In this document: positions 37,857 to 50,700 of the stretch, piece after piece | Layout: every line of letters begins with the position of its first letter | Numbering within the stretch: the stretch's first letter is position 1 | Origin: Octopus vulgaris | Lineage: Eukaryota | DNA length: 64,000 nucleotides | NCBI GenBank assembly: GCA_951406725.2 | Contig: OX597824.1 | Location: 88,288,001-88,352,000 of the forward strand | Direction of reading: 5' to 3' | The notes under the pieces: generated by a model | What the model saw: the letters and a program-made list of their open reading frames with translations, nothing else | Database searches by the model: none | What the model was told of the DNA's origin: nothing | Position numbers and translations under genes: made by a program

Positions 37857-40800
37857 ATACAGTTTAGCTGGATAGAAAGAATGATACTTCTTGAGTTGCA
37901 CATGATAGGCTATACTAAAAGGCGGCGAGCTGGCAGAAACGTTAGCGCGCCGGGCGAAATGCTTAGCGGTATTTCGTCTGTCGTTATGTTGTGAGTTCAA
38001 ATTCCGCCGAGGTCGACTTTGCCTTTCATCCTTTCGGGGTCGATAAATTAAGTACCAGTTACACACTGGGGTCGATGTAATCGACTTAATCTGTTTGTCT
38101 GTCCTTGTTTGTCCCCTCTATGTTTAGCCCCTTGTGGGTAGTAAAGAAATATATACTTGAAGTGAGGAAGAAAGGTATGTGCTCTTTGGTTAGGCACCAA
38201 GTGATCAAAGAAAAAGAATTAATTGCCTGTGGCATAATAATCATATTAATAAAATAAGCAATTGATATTATTCTCCTTCAGTCATTTATTTGATGCTTCA
38301 ATGCAGCATAATCCTTACATATAACTGTTACAAATTGTTGTCATTGTCATTAAAAGGGCATTTGACTGTAGAAACCATGCCAAAACAATCACTGGAACAC
38401 AATGCCAGAGGTTCAGAAGACCGGTTTTCTGGATTCTGTGGTGTATGTATATTGGGTTTACTTTTTTACTCTTTTACTTGTTTCAGTCATTTGACTGCAG
38501 CCATGCTGGAGCACCATCTTTTAGTCGAGCAAATAGAGCCCGGGACTTATTCTTTGTAAGCCCAGTACTTATTCTATCGGCCTCTTTTGCCGAACCGCTA
38601 AGTGACGGGGACGTAAACACACCAGCATCGGTTGTCAAGCAATGCTAGGGGGACAAACACAGACACACAAACACATACACACACATACATATATATACAT
38701 ATATACGACAGGCTTCTTTCGTCCGGAAAGTTTGTGCCGATTTATAGTAGCTTACCTTTCGACTTATTTTAGAACATGGTTGAGTCTATAAAATAGGATT
38801 TGACTACACCTCCATTTAAATCACAGTTTAAGCTATCTTTTCGTGGAAGAAGGTTTATGTTCCTATCACCTGTGTTAATTCTGTAACCCTTTAAAATGGA
38901 AGATAAGAAAGTTCATTTTCGGCACTTGGTGATTTGGGAACCAGACAAAAATTGCTACAGCTCGTCTTGGATGTGTTAGCCCACCGTCCATATTCACCAG
39001 ATATTGCTCTTTCGGATTTCCAATTATTTAGTTCTCTGCAGAATAGTCTTAATGGTAAAAATTTCAATTCCTTGGATGACGTAAAAAGATACCTTGATGA
39101 ATTCTTTGCCACGAAACCACCTCAATTCTGGGAAGAGGGTATTTTCAAGTTAAAGGAAAGATGGAGATGCATTGTGCAACAAAATCGTTCATATTTGGTT
39201 GATTAAAAATGTAATGGCAAGTATTTATTGACCTTTTTCCTTTCCTTTAAAAATTGGCACAAACTTTCTGGACAACCCAGCATTTAATTGGATGCAAAAT
39301 TAAAACACAAATAGCCATTAATTGACATTACCTGTTCTGAGCCAGTTGTCCTCCAAGAGCATTTCTTCATTATTGTCTCTGTGTTTCCAGAACTTAGAAG
39401 TAACACTTGGCCCACGGAAGCAAATTTCACCTTTTCGTTCGTTGGTTGTGTCTGTCTTGGTCTTTGAATCAATTAACTGGATGGGGATAAAAATAATAGC
39501 AATGATAATCATGTGTATGATGATTCGGTATCATTGTGATTTCATAGCAAAGATGATAAAACAGAACATATGATTGTATGTTTGTAAAATCTCTGATATG
39601 GTGTTACAGTTGATGAAATAAATGGAGAGGAACCTACTTTGACTTCCATTCCAGGAACTGGAACCCCAACAGAACCATTCTTTATGTTGCTTGCAGGAGT
39701 TGCCATTCCAACACCGCATGTTTCTGTCAGTCCATAACCTGAAGAAGTTATTTTTTTAATCAAAAATCCATGATAGCAAATAGACAAAATAAGAGTTTTG
39801 CATTAAAGTTTAAGGGTGCTTGCCTCCCCTTCGCAAATATAAGGACAAGGGAAATGTATCAAAGCCAACAGGAAACGTCGATGCTTCCTAGGGCTATATA
39901 GCGGTGGTGTAATTCCCTTTACGGAACTGTCACGTTATGTTGAAATTATACAACCACTCTATTGCTCCACCACCGCTCATGTCTCACTGAGACATTTAGA
40001 AATTCAATATTTCTAATTTAAAAGGGTTGTTTTTCAAAAGGCAGAGGACTGATTTATTTGGAACTGAATATAGTTAACTGAATTAACCCTAGTATCTCAC
40101 TGGTATTTATTTATCAATTAAAGGTGGCGAGCTGGCAGAAACGTTAGCACGCCGGGTGAAATGCTTAGTGGAATTTCGTCTGCCGCTACATTCTGAGTTC
40201 AAATTCTGCCGAGGTCGACTTTGCCTTTCATCCTTTTGGGGTCGATTAAATAAGTACCAGCCATGCACTGGGGTCGATATAATCGACTTAATCCATTTGC
40301 CCCTCTATGTTTAGCCCCTTGTGGGTAGTAAAGAAATAGGTATTTCGTCTGCCGTGACGTCCTGAGTTCAAATTCCACCGAGGTCGACTTTGCCTTTCAT
40401 CCTTTTGGGGTCAATTAAATAAGTACCAGTTACGCACTGGGGTAGATATAATCAACTTAATCCATTTGTCTGTCCTTGTTTGTCCCCTCTGTGTGTAGCC
40501 CCTTGTGGGCAATAAAGAAATAGGTATTTATTTATCAATTGTCAGAAATCAACCCAAGTGTCATTTGAATATTGAATAGTAAAAATTATTGAAATAATAT
40601 AATAAATTGCACCGTTAATTATCCTACAGCCACAGCTATTTTCCTATGTCTTAAGTATCTTTGCTTAAAGTGAATATAGTTTGAATTCCTTCATACCTTG
40701 TGAATCAGTCATACCATATCTTGTATGGCGATTGTCTAGGGTACTGTAGGTGGTTCTGAGAAAGGTGATTGCAGATCAGAACTTATCTACCTTTACATAC

Positions 40801-41052
40801 AGAACCTGTCTTTGAGAGGTACTTTGGAGATAATAAGTAAGATATGCCTTCATGTTTAGAAGTGACATTTTATGGCTGGTTTTATCAACATACATGATGA
40901 AAAAGTTAAACATATTGTCATTGAATGAAACTGCCTTCTTCTTACTGCTGTCTTGTGGTCTGTAATAGCAAATAAATTCTTCTTCTTCTTCTTCTTTTTC
41001 TTCTTCTTCTTCTTCTTCTTCTTCTTCTTCTTCTTCTTCTTCTTCTTCCTCC

Positions 41053-41083
<31 letters not shown>

Positions 41084-43102
41084 CTTCTTCTTCTTCTTCT
41101 TCTTCTTCTTCTTCTTCTTCTTCTTCTTCTTCTTCTTCTTCTTCTTCTTCTTCTTCTTCTTCTTCTTCTTTTTCCTCCTCCTCCTTTAGCCCTCCAACGC
41201 AGAGTATAGGCCACTTATAATTAAATTCCATGTCACATAATTTTTCGCTTCTGTACTTATACTCTGCCATAAATGTCCCCCTTTCTCTAGTTCCTTTTGT
41301 GTTGATCTCCGCCACAAGTTCTTAGGCCTACCTTTCTTTCTATATCCAACCGGTTTCCACTTTAAAGCACTTTTCGCTACATTTTTGGTGTGTCTTTTCT
41401 AATTGTGCTACCAATCCACTTCCACTTTTTCTTAAATATTTGCTCTCTAGTCGAAAAGTATGGAGCGCAAGTGGAATTTCAATAAAGAACAAAATAAGAA
41501 TTTTTAACACTAACGTTAAAAGCGGTGTTATTGTATGGGGCTGAGACATGGCGAACAACAGTTAAGTCAAATAAGCAAATACAATCATTCATCAACAGAT
41601 GCTTGCGTAGTATACTTAGAATTAGATGGCCTGAACATATAAGCAATATGGAGCTATGGCAAAGAACAAATAAATACTAGATAATTTATAATTGTAGCAG
41701 CAATTACCTTGTCTTATATTTACTCCCTTCAGTTTTTCAGAAAGTTGTTGAATGAGATTAGAGTTCAGATATCCCGATTGACTTACAATCGTCTTTAGAC
41801 TGGAAAGATCAGTTTCTTGCACAAGAGGATGGGAGTTGAAAGATGATATCATTGATGGTGTTGCCATGGTAAATGTTCCCTGCAAGGTTAAAAACCAATT
41901 GAAAATTTAATTATTAAATTCATTTATTATTGTTGCTGTTTAGCCCTAGGCCTATCCTGATTGAACAGACCTGTAGCTATCATAGGGATAAACTATATAA
42001 AAAAAACATAATACATCTATTATGAGTGTTTGGTTAATAAAAAAAAATGAATCAGTGATAAATGAATCATAGAAATGAAATTATTTCATGGTTGGAATAA
42101 TATCTAAAGTAAAATTTAATCACATATGATCAGTAATTAATGAAATCATAACAGTGAAAAATAATTTTTTTGTTCACTGGTGGTATGTTGATGGGTACAT
42201 TTATGTAAATCTGTATAGAAAAACTGTGGAGGTGCAATGGCCCAGTGGTTAGGGCAGCGGACTCGCGGTTGGAGGATTGCGGTTTTGATTCCCAGATCGG
42301 GCGTTGTGTGTGTTTATTGAGCAAAAACACCTAAAGCTCCACAATGCTCCAGCTGGGGGGGTGGCGACTCCTGTTGTACTCTTTCGCTTCAACTTTCTCT
42401 CACTCTTTCTTCCTGTTTCTTGAGTAACGCTGCAATGGACTGGTATCCCGTCCAGCTGGTTGGGGAGACACATATGCCACAGAAACTGGGAAACTGGGCC
42501 CATGAGCCTGGCTAGGCTTGAAAAGGGCAGAAAAAAAATTTTTTATACCCTAAAAGTCAGTTAAATAACTATCTTTTGTTCTCACAGGTGAAATAAAGAT
42601 TGCAAACAAGCCTCATCACTTAAAATAACTGAATGTACCTTGTATTTCTGAAAAGATTCCAAATACGACCGAGCTTCAAATCTGTTGAGAGTCACAATGG
42701 TGGCCCCTTGTACCAATGAGATACCAAAACCCATAACTAGTCCAGATGCGTGGGTCAAAGGAAACACCATTACATTATGGTCCTTTCCTGCCTCAAATGT
42801 AATGTAGTCAGGTTGTCTGAAATAAATAAATTTGTGACAAATAAAAGTATGATTGTTCGTAACAAGTAATCGCATAAGGATAATACTTTTAACCCTTCAG
42901 CAGTCACATTATTCTGTCAAAAGTACCGTAAATCCTCGAGTATAATCTGCATTTTTTCCCCAAAATTTAAGGGTCAAAATCAAAATCCCTAGTGCGTACT
43001 ATATCGAGGTTAAAAATGAAAAATATTTTCTAAGCAATGTCCGAGTCTCTATTTGCTGTCTGGCAATGTTTATTATTAATAATAATAATAATAATAATAA
43101 TG

Positions 43103-43151
<49 letters not shown>

Positions 43152-44721
43152 AATTAATGTATACAGTGCTCAGGTGCACCACAACCTGTCAGAAGTGCGT
43201 ATAAAGCATATGCGGTAATGTACAAATGCCTGGGAAGTGAACAGTGTATGAGTCAGATACATGCTTGCATGTGTATGGAGGGGAGAAAATCAGGTGTAGT
43301 TTTGGTGAATCTCAGGAAGCATGGAAGTTTTGAAGGATGCAGTGCTCCGACAACTAACAACTGATGCCGGCAGTTTGTTCCATGCTTCAGATGCATGTTG
43401 TGATGTTGAGCGCGAAACTACCTTAAGCTAAGCCTTGAAAGCAATGAAATCATAAAAGAATCATCCATAACTTGCAGTAAGCAACATTTATTAAACGTTA
43501 TTACTGTTATTTCTTTATTTTCTGCAAACAAAATGCACAAAAAAGCTACACGTTTGCATTATTAATATATACAATAATAATAAAGGACGTTACTGTATAC
43601 ATTTTTACAAACCAAGGACGTTATATAGACCTGCTTGACTCAAGTTAGAGAAGGGATGCATATTATACATTAGGTTTAGGTTTTTCAGAGGTACAGCCCC
43701 TAAAAATCCCCTGCATATTATACTCAAGGGCGGACTATATTCGAGGATTTCCGGTGATACTTATTTTTTCACATTGTTTTGAACGAATCATGTATTATTT
43801 TATAGCTTTAAGATTTTGCTGAGGTAACTTAATTTTTAAAATGATATTGTAGGGTTGGTGTGAAAGACCAGATCTGACCAGTTTGCACATAAAACAGGTA
43901 GAATATTTTGAAAGGATATGGCTGATTTAAATGCTAAGGATTAGAGTTACTAATATGAGAACTTATTAATCCTTCCATGATAATATTTCTAATTGAAAAC
44001 AACTGTTATATGTTTCAGTTAGTTTTATTACTACAGAGCTGGTGTTTACAATAAATTAACAAAAAGGTCCTTACATGAAAATATAAAGGTAGATTTTAAT
44101 TTATACAGGTGAAGGAATGGTTAAGTGGTTAAGAAGCCTGCTTCCCAACTGAGCGGTTTAATTCAACTGTACGGTATTTTGAAGAAGTGTCTTCTATTAC
44201 AGCCCTGGGCTAACCAAAGCCATGCAAGTGAATTTAGTAGATAGAAACTGAAAGAAGTCTGTCATGTATGTATATACAAGGGAGTGCTAAAAGGTTCTTG
44301 GCTATGAGGGTATCATGAAAGGCCTGTTTTTCATCTCAGAAACTGTGTCAATCAAATTCACAGAAACTTGATTGACAGAAACTGTGTCAATCAAATTCAC
44401 AGAAACTTGATTGACAGAAACTGTGTCAATCAAATTCACAGAAACTTGATTGACAGAAACTGTGTCAATCAAAGGCGGGGAGCTGGCAGAGACGTTAGCA
44501 CACCGGGCGAAATGCTTAGCAGTATTTCGTCTGTCTCTACGTTCTGAGTTCAAATTCCGCCGAGGTCGACTTTGCCTTTCATCCATTTGGGGTCGATTAA
44601 ATAAGTACCAGTTACGCACTGGGCTCGATATAATCGACTTACTCCATTTGTCTGTACTTGTTTGTCCCCTCTGTATGTAGCCCCATGTGGGGAGTAAAGA
44701 AATAAGAAACTGTGTTAAGAC

Positions 44722-44767
<46 letters not shown>

Positions 44768-47700
44768 ATGTGTAAGTGTGTGTGTCTGTGTGCATGTGTG
44801 TGTGTGCACACGTGTATGTGTGTATGCGTGCATGTGTGTGTGGTTTTGTATTTGTGTTTGTTCCTCACTGCCACTGCTTGACAACCAGTGTTGGTTTATT
44901 TATGTTCCTGTAAGCTAGAAATTTGGTAAAAGATGCTGATAGAAGTAAGTTACCAGACTTTAAGAATAAGTACTGGGGGGGGTTGATTTGTTTGACTAAA
45001 ACCCTTCAAGGCGTTGCTCCAGCATGGCCACAGTCCAATAACTAAAACAAAATATAAAAATAAAAAAAGAAGATAAATTATGATCGTACCTCAGTGCCTC
45101 AATGGCAGAAATTAAATTTTGATGTGTCAGCATTACACCTTTAGGTTTTCCTGATAATCCTGCTGAGTATGGCAAAAGAGCTGTGTCTTTCCGAGGATTA
45201 ATGTGTACATCCGGATAAGTAAAACTTGCTGATCTGAGTAGATCAGAAAATGGTCGGCAACCTTCAGCCTGTCCTAATACTATGGTTTCCTGCAAGATGA
45301 GAACGGAAATAAAGACATTTTGAAAATTTCAAGAAGAAAATTTAACCCCTTAACATTTAATCCAGCATGTCTGGCCCCAATATTCTACCCATTTTAGGTT
45401 CAAACTAACCAGATCTAGCCTATTACACCTACCATACAATGTCATTCTAAAAGTAAACAATCACACCTTTGTACAGAATAAAGCATGCTTAGTTTAAAAC
45501 AACATAAATAAACAAGCATAATAAAGGATTAAAGCAATAATACTTAATGAGTATTCTGTTGTGTCTGGGGAGAGTCATTCTCTTTTTGTGCTTTATAATG
45601 TAACACACTCACTGGTAAAATTTCCACTTATTTCTTATTTGTATTTTTCTAAAATTTTTGTTGCGTCTTGCAACCTTTTCAATAGTCTTGACTCAGAACT
45701 ATTGAAAAGGTTGCAAGACACAACAAAAATTTTAGGAAAATAAAAATAAGAAATAAGTGGAAATTTTACCGCTGAGTGTGTTAAATTATAAGGCACTAAA
45801 AGAGAATGAATCGCCCCAGACACAACAGAATATGCTTCAACACACGAACTCATTTAAAGAATCTTGCAAACCAAATCCAAAAACGAAACTTAACAAGTAT
45901 TTTCCGAGTAAAAATTGTAGAATAAATATTCTTAGTTGTTTAGCCATGGGCTAACCTTGGTTGAGTGGACCTATGATCATAGGTATTCCATTTGTGACCA
46001 TACCATCTTTTTAGGGGGTATTGTGTAGTTTGTCTGTCGATGTGACGAAGACCATCTAGTCATCCTGGGGTGGGGGTGGGCTTGTTTTGTGAGACTTGCA
46101 GATGGCTAGTGAGGCCAATCTGCACCCAAAAGAGTCTTTGACAGTGTGGACAGGGAATGGTAGCACCTGCTACAGGGCTGTGATCTCTGTTCTTCCTGGC
46201 TTGTCTGCGGTTTTCTGCAGCAGCGATCCTATTGGTCTTGACATCAGAAAGTTTCATGTTTCTCTTGTCATCTCACTCCCTCTCTCTCTCTCAGTAGCCT
46301 ATTTAGTCTGTGATGTGACTTGTTATGCAAACAAATCTCTTAGAAGGGGTACACTGAAGCAAACCTATTGCATCTAAAGAGATTTCTCAATAATTTTTTT
46401 AATATTGTTCTTTATTTCATATAAACTTTACATGAGTTCTCAAAAACGAAATAACAGATTTTTCCAGGAAAAATTTCTTTTCCAATTTTGATTCTGAAGG
46501 CAGTGCCCCAGCATGGTCACAGTCCAATGACTTGAAACCAATAAAAACTATTTAATAATTCCAGAGAAAGATTTATTGTACAAATTCTGATTTTGAAGGC
46601 AGTGCCCCAACATAGTTACAATCCAGTAACTTAAAAACACTAAATGTCCCCCTTTCTCTAGTTCCTTTTGTGTTGATCTATGCCACAAGTTCTTAGGCCT
46701 ACCTTTCTTTCTATATCCAACCGGTTTCCACTTTAAAGCACTTTTCGCTATATTTGGTGTGTCTTTTCTAATCGTGCTACCAATCCACTTCCACTTTTTC
46801 TTAAATATTTGCTCTCCAGTGAAAGATTTATTTTTCAAATTTTGGTTTTACCCTGAGTAAACTAAGAACAGAGTAGTGAAAATGTAACAAATTTACAATA
46901 ACAAATACCTGAATACCATTGGCTCTTTTGGCTGCTTCTTTAGCCCGAATAACACATTCTGGGGTGGTTACAATAAATTTAGACTGGGAATCTCTTAACT
47001 GGGACACGAGTTCTCCTACAAACAAAATCAGTATAATCATAATTAACAGAGATGAAAAAGAAAATTTGCAATGGTAAACTAAAAGACATATGATGGTATA
47101 CATCAGTCATTACCAACAGTGGAATGAGAACCTATTTCTTTACTACCCACAAGGGGCTAAACACAGAGAGGACAAACAAGGACAGACAAGCGGATTAAGT
47201 CGATTTTATCGACCCCAGTGCATAACTGGTACTTATTTAATCGACCTCGAAAGGATGAAAGGCAAAGTTGACCTCGGCAGAATTTGAACTCAGAACATAG
47301 CGGCAGACGAAATACTGTTAAGCATTTCGCCCAGCATGCTAACGTTTCTGCCAGCTCACCGCCCTATATGAGAACCATCATCACCATCATCATCATTTAA
47401 CGTCCGCTTTCCATGCTAGCATGGGTTGGACGATTTGACTGAGGACTGGCGAACCGGATGGCTGAACCAGGCTCCAATCTTATTCTGGCAGAGTTTCTAC
47501 AGCTGTATGCCCTTCCTAACGCCAACCACTCCGAGAGTGTAGTGGGTGCTTTTACATGCCACCGGCACGAGGGTCAGTCAGGCGGTACTGGCAATGACCT
47601 CACTCAAATCTTTTTACACATGCCACCGGCACAGGTGCCAGTAAGGTGACACTGGTAATGATCATGCTCAAATGGTGCCCTTTTACATGCCACTGGCATG

Positions 47701-50700
47701 GAAGCCAGTTAGCCACTCTGGCAATGATCACACTCGGATGCATTTTTTATTGGGCCCAAAAGGATAAAAAGCAAAGTTGATCCCAGCAGGATTTGAACTC
47801 AAGTGCTGAGTCTCAGAACAATCACTGTAAGGCAGATGGTGGTCTTAGCACCCTACTAGCACAGGGCACAAGTGCTAGTAAGCTAGTAACCCAGGTTTGA
47901 AATTTCTCCAAGACACCTGATGAAAACTGGAGGGTATATTGGCTGAAACATGTTAACAACAAACAAGATGAGGACAAATATTTGTCAAATGTAAATAATG
48001 TATGTAATTCCTCATCTCTTAAATATAGAACTGTACTTAGTTCATGGTCCCTAGTACTACCTTTGCAGACCACCAGGGATCCACAAATGCCAGGTTGGGA
48101 CCCACTGGTATATGCCTATTTCTTTTACTACCCACATGGAGCTAAACACAGAGAGGACAAACAAGGACAGACAAATGGATTAAGTCGATTATATTGACCT
48201 CAGTGCGTAACTGGTACTTATTTAATTGACCCTGAAAGGATGAAAGGCAAAGTCGACCTTGGTGGAATTTGAACTCAGAATGTAGCAGCAGACGAAATAC
48301 TGCTAAGCATTTCACCTGGCGTGCTAACGATTCTGCCAGCTCGCCGCCTTATACCATTTTGGAGATGCCTTGTACAACAAAATGGTTCATATTTGGTTGA
48401 TTAAAAATGTAATGGCAAGTATTTATTGACCTTTTTTCTTTCCTTTAAAAATCGACACAAACTTTCTGGAGAACCCAATATATATATTTGTTGCTCTTAT
48501 ACACAATGTATTGTACCTGTATTTCAAAAGGCCAGTCTTGTCACACTCTGTGTTATGGTGAATCTCCCTGAGAACTACGTTAAGGGTACACATGTCTGTG
48601 GAGTGCTCAGCCACTTGCACGTTAATTTTACGAGCAGGCTGTTCTGTTGATCAGATCAATTAGAACACTTGTCGTAACCGATGGAGTGCCATACACACAA
48701 TGTATATGTGGGAAAGAAACGGAGTGACAACAAATGTGAATGCAAGAAAGAGATGAGAAGATTCTTTTAACAGCTTGTCATGAAGGCTTTGAAAACTCAT
48801 ACGAATTGTTGTTGTTTCTCACTGGATTAATTTCTACAGCTATCGAAGGATGACCGGACATTATATTAAATTAGTGGGCTAAAAGCTCGCTAAAGAACAA
48901 AACCTGACTGGTAAAAGTGTGCATGTGTTCATGTTATGTCTGTAGTACATGTGACAAAAAAATTATATATATTTAAAATATCATGAAACCAAATAAAAAA
49001 TGCAAGTCAAGCTGTTCAGTTCAGAAACTGTTCAAAAATTGTAAAATATTCTTGTATATCAACAGTCAGTAAAGATTTCAGACCAAGCAAAATGCATGTA
49101 TGTAGAAATGGAAAAAATCAAAAAGCATGTATGAATGTGTGTTGTAGTGTTATATTAGAAATCAGTTCTTACCAACAGACATCTGTGCCATCGCTGGACT
49201 GATAATGCCACCAATGGCTGTGACTCCACAAAGAATATGAAGCATTTCAGGTGTGTTCGAGCCATACAAACAAACAACATCTCCTTTTCGCAAACCAAGA
49301 CGGAAAAAGGAATTAGAAACTTTAATGGAATCTTTTTGAAGGCTTTCATAACTGAATTTCTGGCCGGTTTCACCATTTATCTTCATAAAAAAGAAAGGAA
49401 AGTTTTTTAATGCATGCAATTTTAAAAGAAATATTCAAAATGCAGTTTTAATAAAATAACTTAGTTATCATTAAGCTAGTGTTAGGAACATAAACTGTGA
49501 CTAAGGTTTGGAGGAAGATTTTAATTCAGAACTTTTGAAAACAGAGCCAGAGGTGGTTTCAGGCGGGTTGAAATTGAAAGTGTTAAAGTTACTGGCCAAG
49601 ATAATGTGGTTGCTGTAGATGAGTTAGTCTGTAAGAAGGCTTCATAGAAGTGGTCCATTAGTTCATCATTCAGTACTTATTGGAGTACTTATATACAGAG
49701 ATCACTGTTACTGTAATGTTACCTATGACTAATCTAAGTTTAATTATGTTACCATGTATTCTGACTACCTCAGTTCAGCTATCCAAACCAATGCTGGTGT
49801 GTTTACATCCCCCATAACTTAGCGGTTTGGCAAAAGAGATCGATAGAATAAGAACTAGGCTTACAAGGAATAAGTCCTGGGGTCGATTTGCTCGACTAAA
49901 AGGCGGTGCTCCAGCATGGCCACAGACAAATGACTGAAACAAGTAAAAGAGTATGTCTATATGTATGTATGTGCATATGTAGGTACATATATATGTAATT
50001 ATGCATATATGCATGTTTCCATGCATGCATATATACATGTATGTCTGCATGCATGCACACATGTACATATGCATGAATGTACAGATGCATAAATACATAC
50101 ATGCACACTTGAAGTCACTTGGAATGGTTTCAGAGGATGCAGAAACCCTTGCTTCAGATCGAGCTGGATGGCGAACAAAAGTGCGGAGTGGAGTGAAAGC
50201 ATTCAAAGAGGCCAGGATAATGCATGCAAGACTCAAAAGAGATTTCAGGAAGAATTTTACGATCAGGAAGGTGAATCACAATAACCTTTTTTTGTGTGGA
50301 CAGTTTGTGACAGACCATGCCTTTCTTTTGCTGGGCTCAAATCTCATTTGTGAACCCATGGAAAACCAACCTCCACCAACTATTCTGCCTATATGTCTGT
50401 GCACACCTTTCAATGCAATGTATGCCAGAATGTTTGAAAATCTAACGGAGGCCTCAAAACACATTTTAAGATCCACAAAGATCAGAACTTAACTGCAGCC
50501 CTTGGTGGTCCAAATCAGATGAATAATCTATGTGGGTGTCTTTTCAAAACATTGTCTGGTTTAGAAAGCCACATCAGATGCCATGATGGTTCGAAGGTGT
50601 AGGTACAGAGGGTGGTCAAACTCTGCATAAGGAGTAGACAATCACCATATACATATGCACATTCATATGTATTCATGCACATATGCACATGTGCATGCAT

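Noticed and set aside
40776-41315. Poly-E, poly-R and poly-F ORFs
   Set aside because: Translations of the (TTC)n tract.
44337-44472. Regular repeats resembling a CRISPR array (also 9565-10070)
   Set aside because: Pure tandem units without unique spacers, eukaryotic context, no cas genes.
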